IMG/VR virus record: IMGVR_UViG_3300045988_090210
Direction: 5' to 3' (one strand)
Length of the DNA: 64,000 nt
Source of the DNA: a virus
A model generated the notes under the pieces. That model was not told the origin of the DNA, searched no databases, and saw nothing but the letters and a program-made list of their open reading frames with translations. Below are positions 1 through 8,890 of the stretch, piece by piece. The position numbers and the translations under genes were made by a program. Within the stretch, counting starts at the first letter, position 1; each line of letters starts with the position of its first letter.

Positions 1-251
1 AGGCTTTTCTTGATGCAGCCACAGAAGAAACAGGCAATAAAGACCTGAAAGAGTTAATTCAGCCGGTGCTTGCAGATACGTTTGATAAGATTCGTCTACA
101 AGGGATTCAAACAGGCTGGTATACTCATTCTTTGAGATGTGTAGATAAGATTAAGGATTGTAAGACAGTTGATGAGGCCATTGAAATCTTAAAGGAAGAT
201 GTAAAGATGGCTCAAGAAAAACTAGGAATTAAGGAGGATGATGATAGTTAA
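1..251 (+). CDS. hypothetical protein, 5'-truncated by window edge
   Basis: Frame 3 is open from nt 3 to the stop at 249-251, upstream of the tracked Met at 66. No recognisable motif. Confidence 0.4.
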   Translation, partial: AFLDAATEETGNKDLKELIQPVLADTFDKIRLQGIQTGWYTHSLRCVDKIKDCKTVDEAIEILKEDVKMAQEKLGIKEDDDS

Positions 252-338
252 TACATAATTTTATTAATTTGCATTAATAGGTTAATAACACAGGCCCTTT
301 CTGTGTTAAAATTATAATAATTTATAGAGGTATGAAAA

Positions 339-1406
339 ATGGATATTCTAAACAAGAGTAAGAATTTTTATCGTTGTGTTGGTACGGTCTATGAATTGGG
401 CCTGAAAAAGGAAGATTGTGAGGTTAAGCTATATACGGATGGCAAGCCTACAGGTGAGAAGGTCAATGCTGAGTGCATCAAGGGCAAGTTTGGTGTTCGC
501 ACTGATGGCGGCATTGTCACCTTTATGATTTACTTTGCATCCAAGGGACTGGATGGTAAGGAATCTCGTCAGTGGAAGATGGCCACTGATATGATGGAAC
601 TAAACCCTGAAGTTAATGGCGATGGCAACGCCCCTTCTGTTGTTGTGGTTGAAGGCCGTCTTGAGAACAATATGTTTATGAGCCGTGACGGTAAGGAGGT
701 TAAGGAAGCCCCTCAGTTCCGTGTAAGCAAGGTATCCACTACTGCCTACAAGGAAGGTATGGAATATGGTATTACCGTCAATATGAGCGGTTGCATGACC
801 AAGAACGTGCCTGAGACTAAGATGGTTGATGGTGAGGCTGAGGAAACTGGCCGTGGTGTGATGACTGTGTATATGGCCAATGGTAAGGGCGAGGTATTCC
901 CTGTTACTATTATCGTGCCTGATGACCTTGTGGATGACGTTAATGACGCTGTTGAAGCTGGTTGTACCATTGACGCTACTCTGGACGTAAACACTATTAC
1001 CTTTGGTGGTGTAGCTAAGAAGCATGGTATTGGTCGTGCTGGTAAGATTGATACCTCTAACGTGTCTACCCGCACTGAGTTTGTGCTAGCTGGCATGGAT
1101 ATTGTTGAGGAGCCTGATGAGCTATATATCGAGGATGAGGACGGTAAGCAGACCCCTGTTAAGACCCTATGGATGGATAGCTCTGTGGTCAAGAAGGCCA
1201 TTAAGATGTATCAGGTTAAGAAGGATGAGTTTGCCAAAAATGGTGGTAACAAGACCACTAAGAGCAATTCCACCCCCAATTTAAAGGATAAGAAGGCCGA
1301 GTATAAGTCTAAGCGTGTTGGTAAGAGGGCTACCAATGAGTTTGATGAATTTGGCGATGATGAGAATCCTTGGGGTGATGATGTTGACCCAAATGATGAA
1401 TTTTAA
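339..1406 (+). CDS. putative single-stranded DNA-binding protein
   Basis: SD AGAGG lies 8 nt upstream. Has OB-like segments (VVVEGRLENNMFMSRDGKE). Long acidic C-terminal tail ends ...DDENPWGDDVDPNDEF. Sits next to a recombinase-like ATPase. Confidence 0.5.
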   Translation: MDILNKSKNFYRCVGTVYELGLKKEDCEVKLYTDGKPTGEKVNAECIKGKFGVRTDGGIVTFMIYFASKGLDGKESRQWKMATDMMELNPEVNGDGNAPSVVVVEGRLENNMFMSRDGKEVKEAPQFRVSKVSTTAYKEGMEYGITVNMSGCMTKNVPETKMVDGEAEETGRGVMTVYMANGKGEVFPVTIIVPDDLVDDVNDAVEAGCTIDATLDVNTITFGGVAKKHGIGRAGKIDTSNVSTRTEFVLAGMDIVEEPDELYIEDEDGKQTPVKTLWMDSSVVKKAIKMYQVKKDEFAKNGGNKTTKSNSTPNLKDKKAEYKSKRVGKRATNEFDEFGDDENPWGDDVDPNDEF

Positions 1407-1492
1407 TGGTACGGGGCTATGTTAAAGGTGCCCAGTGGCACGATGAAAATGGTTGAAACGAAGAAAAAATCACTAAGGCAATAAAGGAAAAG

Positions 1493-2032
1493 ATGGATGA
1501 ATTACACATCCATCATTTTCCTTCACAAGTGGAGTTAAGAAATAATGGTGGTAGTAACTTAGCAAGTGTTATTAACCGTACTGGTGGTTTTTTATATTGG
1601 AAGGACAAAATGGGACTCAGTGAGTCTCCGTGTCATAGTGAAGTCGGTTGGCATGGGGAATCTATTGTGGCTGAAAAATTGACTGAACTTGGTTTTAAGT
1701 TCCAAAAAGAGAGCGTAACTTGTCGTTTTGATTTTACTGTAGGCGATTTTGTACGGGTAGATTCTAAATATGCACACATTTATCACAGCAAGAACGGCGA
1801 TTTTTATAGTTTTAATCTTAAAGGTAATTGGCGAGATTGTGATATTTTTATTGGCGTTTGCGAGGACGAAGAACAAAATCGCAAGTTTTACGTTATTCCT
1901 CATGTCGTTGTGTTTAATCAAACTCAAATTTCCCTTGGGATTGAAAACACAAAATGGTCACGATTTGAAAACCGTTTTGATTTAATTGAAAAATATGATA
2001 AATTTTATAAAAAGATAAAAGAGGAGGAATAA
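1493..2032 (+). CDS. hypothetical protein; possible PD-(D/E)xK-type nuclease
   Basis: AT-rich ORF between the ssb-like and sak4-like genes. Segment GWHGESIVAEKL...FDF...RVDSKY resembles a D...(D/E)xK core. Weak, judged by eye only. Confidence 0.3.
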   Translation: MDELHIHHFPSQVELRNNGGSNLASVINRTGGFLYWKDKMGLSESPCHSEVGWHGESIVAEKLTELGFKFQKESVTCRFDFTVGDFVRVDSKYAHIYHSKNGDFYSFNLKGNWRDCDIFIGVCEDEEQNRKFYVIPHVVVFNQTQISLGIENTKWSRFENRFDLIEKYDKFYKKIKEEE

Positions 2033-2038
2033 AATAAA

Positions 2039-3130
2039 ATGGCACTTGATATTACAAATCTTGAGGAAACTACAATTACCACTGGCCTTGAGGGCAAGAT
2101 TCTGGCTTGGTATGGCACGAACAATGTTGGAAAAAGCCATGTGGCCTCCAAGCTATTTCCCGGTAAGACGCTATGGTTAGCCACAGAAAAGGGCTATAAC
2201 GCCATTTCTGGTATGCGTAAAGTAGATGTTGAGTCTTGGAATGATTTTCGACAGGTTGTGTCTCAGCTTACTGTTAAGAACGAAAAGAAGCGTGAGAAGG
2301 TACGAGCTATGTACCAATGCGTTGTAGTGGATGTTGCTGACCGCCTGCCTAATTTGGCTACTGCTTATATTATCTCCACCTATAACACTCAGAACGCTGA
2401 AAAGTCTGATTTCACCCCCATTACCGAGTTGTCTGGTGTTCCTTATGGTGGTGGTTATGCCATGCTAAACAAGGAGATGGATAGCCAAATCAATAAGCTG
2501 GCACTATCTGGTTACTGTGTTGTTCTAATCTTCCATGATGAAATCCGTAAGGTTAAGGATGGTCGAGAGGAATATGAGTACATTGTACCTAAAAACACTT
2601 TTAACAAGGCTGGCAACGCCCTAAAGGATATTCCTGACTTTATGATTTATCTTGAGTCTCAGGGCGTTGACGAGGATGGTAAGGCACTGCTGTCTATTGG
2701 CCATTGTGTACAGCATAAAGAGTATTTTGCTCGTAGCCGGTTTACTGAGTGCCCTGAGACAATCAGCCCCTTTACTGCTGACAACCTAAAGGAAACTGTA
2801 CGCATTGCGTGTGAGCGTGAGGCTGAAAAGCAAGGTGTATCCACTATCACCTATGCAGAGGAAGAGGCTCAGCGTGAAAAGGAAAAGACTGAAAAGAAAA
2901 AGTCTGCGTCTGAATTGATTGATGAGGTTAAACCCATCTATGGTGCTTTGCGCAAGGCCAAGCTAACCGCAGCAGTTAATAAGATTGTAGGCGATTTTCT
3001 TGGTTATGATGAGAACGATAAGCCCAATAAGATTAGTGAGGCTGATGATTCTCAAGTCGAGGCACTACAATACATTTATGATAAGTTGGTAGACTTGGCA
3101 GAAGAAAAGGATATTAGCTGGGAAGAATAA
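2039..3130 (+). CDS. RecA-like AAA ATPase (AAA_24 / Sak4-like recombination protein)
   Basis: Walker A YGTNNVGKS, Walker B-like VVVDVADRL. Layout is typical of phage AAA_24 proteins. Confidence 0.6.
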   Translation: MALDITNLEETTITTGLEGKILAWYGTNNVGKSHVASKLFPGKTLWLATEKGYNAISGMRKVDVESWNDFRQVVSQLTVKNEKKREKVRAMYQCVVVDVADRLPNLATAYIISTYNTQNAEKSDFTPITELSGVPYGGGYAMLNKEMDSQINKLALSGYCVVLIFHDEIRKVKDGREEYEYIVPKNTFNKAGNALKDIPDFMIYLESQGVDEDGKALLSIGHCVQHKEYFARSRFTECPETISPFTADNLKETVRIACEREAEKQGVSTITYAEEEAQREKEKTEKKKSASELIDEVKPIYGALRKAKLTAAVNKIVGDFLGYDENDKPNKISEADDSQVEALQYIYDKLVDLAEEKDISWEE

Positions 3131-3138
3131 ACCAAACC

Positions 3139-3170
3139 AAAGACGGCTGGCCAACGCTGGCCGTCTTTTT
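3139..3170 (+). terminator. rho-independent terminator
   Basis: AAAGACGGC / GCCGTCTTT 9-bp stem with a 12-nt loop, followed by a T-run, directly after the stop at 3130. Confidence 0.7.
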
Positions 3171-3184
3171 CAATAGGAGAGTAT

Positions 3185-3562
3185 ATGGCCACCTCTAAAC
3201 TAACAGAACAAGAACAGAAAGACCGCCGTAAAGTTACAGATTTAATTCAATCTATGTGGGGCGAAGATGCCAACTGGAAGTTGCTCACCGCTCAACTCAA
3301 GAACATTATGAAAGAATATGATCTGACACATAAAGATGTGTATTATATTCTTAAATATTGTAAGGATTATGAGCAAGTAATGATTGATGGCGATTATGGA
3401 TTGTATCAGTTATTCCCAAAATATATTGATGCCACGCAAATGTTCAGAGATAAATTGGTTGAAGCCAAAGAGAGAGCAGATGAAATAGGTACAATTCTAC
3501 CTATTAAGGTCAAAAAATATCGGCCTCAAAGAAAGATTAAAGATGACTTGACTTTTGATTGA
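3185..3562 (+). CDS. hypothetical protein
   Basis: SD GGAGAG upstream, compact spacing, no motif recognised. Confidence 0.5.
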   Translation: MATSKLTEQEQKDRRKVTDLIQSMWGEDANWKLLTAQLKNIMKEYDLTHKDVYYILKYCKDYEQVMIDGDYGLYQLFPKYIDATQMFRDKLVEAKERADEIGTILPIKVKKYRPQRKIKDDLTFD

Positions 3563-3601
3563 GATGGTGGTATGATTAAGATAAAGGAGGGATAATAATG
3601 T

Positions 3602-5128
3602 ATGTTATACAATTCTAACATGGCCTCACTCTTACTTGGTTGTCTAATGAACAATACCCAACTTCTATTCAATCCATCTTATCCTTTAGCCAAGACCGAC
3701 TTTGACCCTGAGCCTGTACATCGTATCATTTTTATCGCCACTTGTAAGTTGGCTGAAGCTGGGGCTGGTAGCGTTAGTGAGGTCGAGATTGATAATTATG
3801 TCAAGAACTACCCAGCCCAATACGAAACCCTAAACAATAGCAATTTTCTTGACTTTGTGCCCACTGTAAAAGAGCTATGTTCACCTGAGAGCTTTGAGCT
3901 ATATTATACCACCTTGCGTAAGTTCAGCTTATTGCGTGAGCTTAAAGAGGATGGGTATAACATTGCTGATTACTATGATGAAATGCTCGATGAGACAGAG
4001 CAGATGGCCAAGTTAAACAAGTGGACTATTGGCGAGATTCTTACTGACATTGAGTTTAAGTCGGCAAAGCTGAGAACTAAGTATGATGTTAAGTATGTGC
4101 GGAATGAAATCAAAGCTGGTGAGAATGTAGCTGAACGGCTTGAGGCGTTTAAGGAACAGCCGTCATTTGGTGCTTTGTTCCAAAGTGGTTATCTAAGTAC
4201 AATCTGGAATGGATGGTGTAGAGGGCATTTAGGGTTAAGAGGCGGTGGATCTGGCACGGGTAAAAGTCGCCTTGGTGTAGCTGATTTGGCCAAAGTCGGG
4301 GCAAAAGAACTATGGTCAGATGAGGTCGGGGACTTTATTGTTAATGATAATTACCAATCGCCTACTCTATTCATCGCCACAGAGCAAGACATTGAGACAG
4401 AGGTTGAACCAATGTTCTGGTCTGCTGTGAGTGGGGTTGAGTATAGGTCTATTAAGAATGGCCTATGTACGCCTGATGAAGAAGCCCGTGTTATTAAAGC
4501 TGGTGAGATTATCGCCCAATCCAATCTTCACATTACGTCTATGCCCAACTTTAACACAAAAGCCCTCAAACGTAAAATAAAAGAGATGGTTGAATGTGAG
4601 GGTATTGGGTATTGTGTATTTGACTATATGGAGCAACAGGGCGATATTAGCCAAGAGTATCGTGAGGTTGTAGGTAATGCTGGTAGACAAGACCAAGTGC
4701 TGCTGTATCTGGCCACTGAGTTAAAGACAATGGCTGAAGATATGAATGTGGGTATCTTAACAAGCCAACAACTAAATGATACATGGAAAGCCCTTAGCTT
4801 TGTCGATGAAACAGCTTTGGCTGGTGGTAAATCGACTAAGAACAAAATTGATTTTGGCTCTATTATCATTCCAACATCTTATCTACGTAAAGACATGAAG
4901 CAGATTGAGCCTTATCTAAAGCGTAATGGAGTAGGTAATAACCGTCAACCAATGCCTAATATCTGTGAATTTATCATCAAGTCACGCTATGGTATTTATG
5001 GCGATAAACGCCTAAAGCTATGGTCATACTTTGACCGTGGCACATTCCAACGCCACGATTATTTTGTCACAGACGATGAAAATAATGTATTGGCCGACAT
5101 TAGACCAACCGAATTGGAGGATTTTTAA
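3602..5128 (+). CDS. replicative DNA helicase, DnaB-like
   Basis: DnaB-type N-domain (LLLGCLMNNTQLL...). Walker A GGGSGTGKSRL. RecA-like C-domain. Ends ...RPTELEDF. Confidence 0.8.
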   Translation: MLYNSNMASLLLGCLMNNTQLLFNPSYPLAKTDFDPEPVHRIIFIATCKLAEAGAGSVSEVEIDNYVKNYPAQYETLNNSNFLDFVPTVKELCSPESFELYYTTLRKFSLLRELKEDGYNIADYYDEMLDETEQMAKLNKWTIGEILTDIEFKSAKLRTKYDVKYVRNEIKAGENVAERLEAFKEQPSFGALFQSGYLSTIWNGWCRGHLGLRGGGSGTGKSRLGVADLAKVGAKELWSDEVGDFIVNDNYQSPTLFIATEQDIETEVEPMFWSAVSGVEYRSIKNGLCTPDEEARVIKAGEIIAQSNLHITSMPNFNTKALKRKIKEMVECEGIGYCVFDYMEQQGDISQEYREVVGNAGRQDQVLLYLATELKTMAEDMNVGILTSQQLNDTWKALSFVDETALAGGKSTKNKIDFGSIIIPTSYLRKDMKQIEPYLKRNGVGNNRQPMPNICEFIIKSRYGIYGDKRLKLWSYFDRGTFQRHDYFVTDDENNVLADIRPTELEDF

Positions 5129-5379
5129 TGAATGAAAAAAGAAAACATGATCTAACTTATTTATATGCTGCACTTGGGGCAGTTGCCTTTTTTGTAGCTG
5201 GGGTTCCTGCCCTTGACGCTATCGGTGGATGGGTAAGTAACGTGTTTGGTCTGAAGTCGGTTAAATTGAATTACGAAGCATCTAAGTACGCCACTGAAGA
5301 ACCTGAAGAGACGCATACTCAAGTTATTGGATTCCAAACAAACAATGAGTGTGAAGATGGGTGCTGTGAAGATGAGTGA
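5128..5379 (+). CDS. hypothetical membrane protein
   Basis: SD GGAGGA upstream. One hydrophobic helix (LYAALGAVAFFVAGVPALDAIGGWV). Cys/acidic C-terminus. Confidence 0.5.
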   Translation: MNEKRKHDLTYLYAALGAVAFFVAGVPALDAIGGWVSNVFGLKSVKLNYEASKYATEEPEETHTQVIGFQTNNECEDGCCEDE

Positions 5380-5575
5380 AAGAATTAAGTATCTAAAAGA
5401 AAGCCCTTGCTATCAGTGTGGTGTGGCGCAGCAATGTTTAGCTAAGATTACCAGATGTCCAAGGCTGCAAGAAATCAGTGATTATGTAATGCCAAGGGCA
5501 GATTATGATTACCATGATTGTATGCTATACAAGGTGTTGATGATGGAGGCGGAAAATGGGAAGCGGCACAGCTAA
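5372..5575 (+). CDS. hypothetical Cys-rich protein
   Basis: ATG at 5372 overlaps the upstream stop (ATGAGTGA). CYQCG...C...C pattern. Confidence 0.45.
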   Translation: MSERIKYLKESPCYQCGVAQQCLAKITRCPRLQEISDYVMPRADYDYHDCMLYKVLMMEAENGKRHS

Positions 5576-6944
5576 ACCTTATGTTAAGTTCTCATCTAAT
5601 GCCTCTGTTGCGGTAGCTGGGTCATCTCATCTTGTGAGATTTCAGCAGTACGGGATTTTGTTAGATTGTGGGCTTTCTCAAGGCCATGATATAGCCACAG
5701 ACTACCAAAACAATAAAGATTTCCTCAAATCTGTTCGTGTGAAAGAAATCCAGTGGGTTATCCTCTCCCATCCCCATGCCGATCATAGCGCCCTTATTCC
5801 AGCTTTATTCGCTAAAGGTTCCCAAGCCCATGTTTTTGTGCCATTAGGGTCTAAGCCAATTTTGAGACTGCTATGGGAAGATAGCCTAAAAATCCATCAA
5901 TCTGACTGTATCAAGCTAAACAATAAGCATGGTAAAGGGTACAGCCCATTTTATACTGCTGATGATATTGAAACGGCATTGGATAGATGTATTGAGGTTG
6001 ATTATCATCAAAAGACCAACCTAACAAAAAACATTTGGTTTGAATACTATCCTGCTGGCCACATCTTATACTCCGCTCAAGTATATTTGTCTATGACACA
6101 AGGATATAAAGAATATAGAGTAGGGTTTAGTGGCGATGTAGGTGGTCAAATTGAGCGCCCCTATACAATCCCTTATGAGCCATTGCCCTTTGTAGATATG
6201 CTTATCCATGAGTGTACTTATTGTCAACCTACCAGACCAAATAGTGTGAAAGATAGGCCCAAGGACATTGAGAAGATTGAGGCTGTGGTTAGAGATAGCC
6301 ATAGAATCCTGTTCCCTTGTTTTTCTCTACAACGGACTCAAGAGCTGTTGACAGCGTTATATGAAATGTGGGAAGAGGGGTTGTTACCTGATATTCCTGT
6401 TTATCTTGATAGTCCATTGGCCATTAAGATTAGCAATATTTGGCCTGAGACTGAACAATGGCTAAGAGTAATGAAGTGGCCAAGACTCAAATTTATCAGT
6501 GAGACAACGGATAGTAAGGCGTTGCAGATGTCTAATGAGCATTGTATTATCATCGCTGCGTCAGGGTTTTTGTCCGGGGGGAGGATTTTAAGTCACCTAA
6601 CAACGGCTTTACCTAATCCTAATAATACTCTTATGTTCATTGGTTACAGTGGTGAGAACAACCTTGCGTTTAAGATTAAATCTGGTGAGCCATTTGTAGA
6701 GGTTAATGGTGTAGTGCTTGAGAACAAGGCTAAGATTGTTGAGTTAAGATCTTGGTCAAGCCATGCAAGCTATGAAGAACTAATGGATTACTTGACTACT
6801 CTACGGTATAATAAGGTATGTCTCGTGCATGGTGATATGGATGGTAAAGTGTCCTTTGCTAAGACACTTAAAGAAAAGTTGGTAGAGCAAGGCAAATCCA
6901 GCCGTGTTGTAGCTGTAAATCAAGACTCAAAACTATATATTTAA
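5556..6944 (+). CDS. metallo-beta-lactamase fold nuclease, beta-CASP family
   Basis: HxHxDH motif (SHPHADHSALIP). Later His/Asp motifs (AGHILYS, HECTY, SSHASYEEL, LVHGD) fit the beta-CASP layout. Confidence 0.75.
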   Translation: MGSGTAKPYVKFSSNASVAVAGSSHLVRFQQYGILLDCGLSQGHDIATDYQNNKDFLKSVRVKEIQWVILSHPHADHSALIPALFAKGSQAHVFVPLGSKPILRLLWEDSLKIHQSDCIKLNNKHGKGYSPFYTADDIETALDRCIEVDYHQKTNLTKNIWFEYYPAGHILYSAQVYLSMTQGYKEYRVGFSGDVGGQIERPYTIPYEPLPFVDMLIHECTYCQPTRPNSVKDRPKDIEKIEAVVRDSHRILFPCFSLQRTQELLTALYEMWEEGLLPDIPVYLDSPLAIKISNIWPETEQWLRVMKWPRLKFISETTDSKALQMSNEHCIIIAASGFLSGGRILSHLTTALPNPNNTLMFIGYSGENNLAFKIKSGEPFVEVNGVVLENKAKIVELRSWSSHASYEELMDYLTTLRYNKVCLVHGDMDGKVSFAKTLKEKLVEQGKSSRVVAVNQDSKLYI

Positions 6945-6947
6945 TCC

Positions 6948-6976
6948 TTGACAAGCCGCCTCCTTTGTGATATAAT
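6948..6976 (+). promoter_or_regulatory. sigma-A/sigma-70 type promoter
   Basis: TTGACA (6948-6953), 17-nt spacer, extended -10 TGaTATAAT (6968-6976). Confidence 0.65.
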
Positions 6977-7004
6977 TCAAGTATCTTAGAAAAGGAGGCG
7001 GCTT
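6953..7004 (+). promoter_or_regulatory. 14-bp inverted repeat enclosing the -10 box and masking the SD of the next gene
   Basis: AAGCCGCCTCCTTT (6953-6966) is the perfect complement of AAAGGAGGCGGCTT (6991-7004). The right arm contains the SD for the ATG at 7008. Confidence 0.6.
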
Positions 7005-7007
7005 ATT

Positions 7008-7271
7008 ATGGTAAAATTCTATCTTGGTCAAATGGTTAAGTATGTGGGGAGAGAGGGTTTTTGGAGTCCACCTGTGGGCACTGTTGGTACAGTAATTAAA
7101 ATCAACCATTGGGATACTAATTTTCTTGTAGATTTCCCAAAAGAATCTATCGTTTCTATTGATCAGCTTCCTGATAATAGTTATTTCTGGTTTAGTGAAG
7201 ACGAGCTTGAACCGGCCAATAGCCAAGATATGATTAAAAAAGTCAAAGTCCGCTGTATTAAACGGAATTAA
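7008..7271 (+). CDS. hypothetical protein (VGTVGTV domain)
   Basis: Strong SD. Shares the ...P.VGTVG(T/I)V...PK(E/D)... segment with the C-terminus of ORF 11189-11620. Confidence 0.55.
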   Translation: MVKFYLGQMVKYVGREGFWSPPVGTVGTVIKINHWDTNFLVDFPKESIVSIDQLPDNSYFWFSEDELEPANSQDMIKKVKVRCIKRN

Positions 7272-7285
7272 GGGTGGACGAGAGT

Positions 7286-7537
7286 ATGATGTTTAACATA
7301 AATAGTCTGTTTGATACAACAGATTATCTTGTAGAGATTTATGAGGGCAACGCTCTTGTCCAGCGTCAACGAATGTCTATGCCAGAACAGATGGCGCAAG
7401 GCCAGTTTATGCAGTTGTGTCAGCAACTTAAAGAGACAGGTCGACCAATGAAGGTTAAGATGATTAGGTATCAAGAGATTGAAGGGCGCAATACACCCAT
7501 TGAGTGCTCAATAGAATATCAGACATGGAGGGATTGA
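7286..7537 (+). CDS. hypothetical protein
   Basis: ORF 7274-7537 on the track. The ATG at 7286 has better SD spacing. Start uncertain. Confidence 0.5.
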   Translation: MMFNINSLFDTTDYLVEIYEGNALVQRQRMSMPEQMAQGQFMQLCQQLKETGRPMKVKMIRYQEIEGRNTPIECSIEYQTWRD

Positions 7538-7538
7538 T

Positions 7539-7733
7539 ATGGGCGAGATTATTGCTTTTTTGGTGTATGTACTATTAGGTATTTGTTTAGCTAACACTGT
7601 AATTGGCAATAGCGGTCATAAGATGGATGAGTTTGAAGAGCTTGTTGCAATCGTTATGTTGGCTACATTTTGGCCTGTTGCTTTAGTTGCTTTGATGGTT
7701 ATTACCTTAGATAACTGGTTGAATGAGAGATAA
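7539..7733 (+). CDS. small membrane protein
   Basis: SD GGAGGG. Two hydrophobic helices. Confidence 0.5.
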   Translation: MGEIIAFLVYVLLGICLANTVIGNSGHKMDEFEELVAIVMLATFWPVALVALMVITLDNWLNER

Positions 7734-7749
7734 GTAAAGGAGAAAGAAA

Positions 7750-7923
7750 ATGTTTGAGGTTGTATTAACTGGATTGTTATTGGTTCTAGCCTTTGTTAAT
7801 CTGTGGACGGCTAAGACCGCTTATAAAGACAAGCGATATAGCTCTGCTTGTGTAGGTTGTTTTGTGAGTGGGATTTGTTTCTCCGGGGTTGTGTTTGATG
7901 TGTTACATTTGATTGGAGGGTAA
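7750..7923 (+). CDS. small membrane protein (57 aa, below the ORF-track cutoff)
   Basis: SD AAAGGAG lies 8 nt upstream of the ATG at 7750. Product is MFEVVLTGLLLVLAFVNLW...HLIGG*. Fills the gap between neighbouring genes. Confidence 0.4.
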   Translation: MFEVVLTGLLLVLAFVNLWTAKTAYKDKRYSSACVGCFVSGICFSGVVFDVLHLIGG

Positions 7924-7924
7924 T

Positions 7925-8200
7925 ATGGTATACGCAGATTACGCCTCTACTTGTCCTGTAGTTAAGTATCCTCAACAGCTATATCGTAATGTGTTGGGCG
8001 AAGGCTATTTCTTTAACCCCAACGCTAATTATGCTTACAAGGAAAAGCGCCTACTATCTGAAGCAGAAAACAGAGTAAAAAAGGCTATCGGGGCTAAAGA
8101 AGGCAAGGTTGTTTTTGGTGGAACAAGTAGTCAGTTGATTGAGAATTTGATGGCGGCTGTTATTTGTGAACAAATTATAAACAATAAAGAACCTACTTGA
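7925..8200 (+). CDS. cysteine desulfurase (NifS/IscS-like, class V aminotransferase), N-terminal fragment
   Basis: VYADYASTCP... and VVFGGTSSQLIENL match the IscS N-terminus (IYLDYSATTP, IVFTSGATESDNL). The ORF stops after ...NNKEPT. Confidence 0.7.
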   Translation: MVYADYASTCPVVKYPQQLYRNVLGEGYFFNPNANYAYKEKRLLSEAENRVKKAIGAKEGKVVFGGTSSQLIENLMAAVICEQIINNKEPT

Positions 8201-8225
8201 CTTTCGATTAAAATTATGGTATAAT
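8197..8225 (+). promoter_or_regulatory. sigma-A type promoter for the HNH endonuclease gene
   Basis: TTGACT (8197-8202), 17-nt spacer, TGgTATAAT (8217-8225). The -35 overlaps the stop codon of the desulfurase N-fragment. Confidence 0.65.
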
Positions 8226-8329
8226 ACAATAAAAGAGGTTAATAAGTAATGGCCATTGCTTATTATTTAAGGAAGGTGCTTATCTCACCTTCCTACTCTT
8301 AATATTATTCTTAGATAAGGAGAATGTAT

Positions 8330-8890
8330 ATGGAAGAGATTTGGAAAGATGTTGTTGAATATGAAGGGTTGTATCAAGTCAGTAATTTAGGAAGAGTTAA
8401 AAGCCTACAAAGAATAGATTCTAATAATCACATTGTAAAAGAGAAAATTAAAAAGTTAAGCACAGACAAAGATGGTTATAAATGTGTATTTCTATCTAAA
8501 GGAAATAAAAATATACAATATAAAGTTCACCGTCTTGTTGCTTTTGCGTTTATCCCTAATCCGGACAATCTCCCTCAGGTAGGGCACAAGGATGAGAGCA
8601 GAGATAATAATATAGTCACAAATTTAGAATGGACTAATTCTAAAGAAAATAATAATATGCCTTTAAGGATTGCAAGAAGCATACAATCTCATAAAGGCCA
8701 AAATAAATACGGAGACAACCCAAGAGCTATTAAAGTTGAATGCGATAATATTGTTTTTGATTGTATTAAACGTTGTGCTGAATACTACAAAGTAAACGAT
8801 AGAACAATGCAACAATGGTTATCAGGAATAAATCCAATGCCACAGTTTTTTCAAGAGAAAGGATTAAAGTATGCTTTGTATAGGGAGTAA
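8330..8890 (+). CDS. HNH homing endonuclease (I-HmuI-like, NUMOD4-type N-terminus)
   Basis: YEGLYQVSNLGRVKS, HRLVAFAF, VGHKDESRDNNIVTNLEWTNSKENN. SD AAGGAG. The 3' end overlaps the downstream desulfurase fragment by 20 nt. Confidence 0.8.
   Translation: MEEIWKDVVEYEGLYQVSNLGRVKSLQRIDSNNHIVKEKIKKLSTDKDGYKCVFLSKGNKNIQYKVHRLVAFAFIPNPDNLPQVGHKDESRDNNIVTNLEWTNSKENNNMPLRIARSIQSHKGQNKYGDNPRAIKVECDNIVFDCIKRCAEYYKVNDRTMQQWLSGINPMPQFFQEKGLKYALYRE

Noticed and set aside
600-1284. Tracked ORFs 600-1025(-), 746-1201(-) and 1102-1284(+) inside the ssb-like gene
   Set aside because: They are antisense or out of frame within a gene that has a clear SD and protein-like composition. They have no SD of their own and give low-complexity Ser/Thr/Leu-rich translations. 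The same reasoning applies to the many other embedded ORFs, for example 12712-13110(-), 37080-37941(+), 41488-41820(+), 46327-46741(+), 51709-52281(+) and 53136-54106(+).
8162-8873. Group I intron interpretation of the interruption in the cysteine desulfurase gene
   Set aside because: No non-coding structured RNA remains 3' of the HNH ORF, which runs 20 nt into the downstream fragment. I could not find a guide sequence giving P1/P10 pairing. The two fragments abut without a missing segment, and the downstream fragment has its own ATG and SD-like AAAGGA. A free-standing endonuclease splitting the gene fits better, although splicing is not formally excluded.
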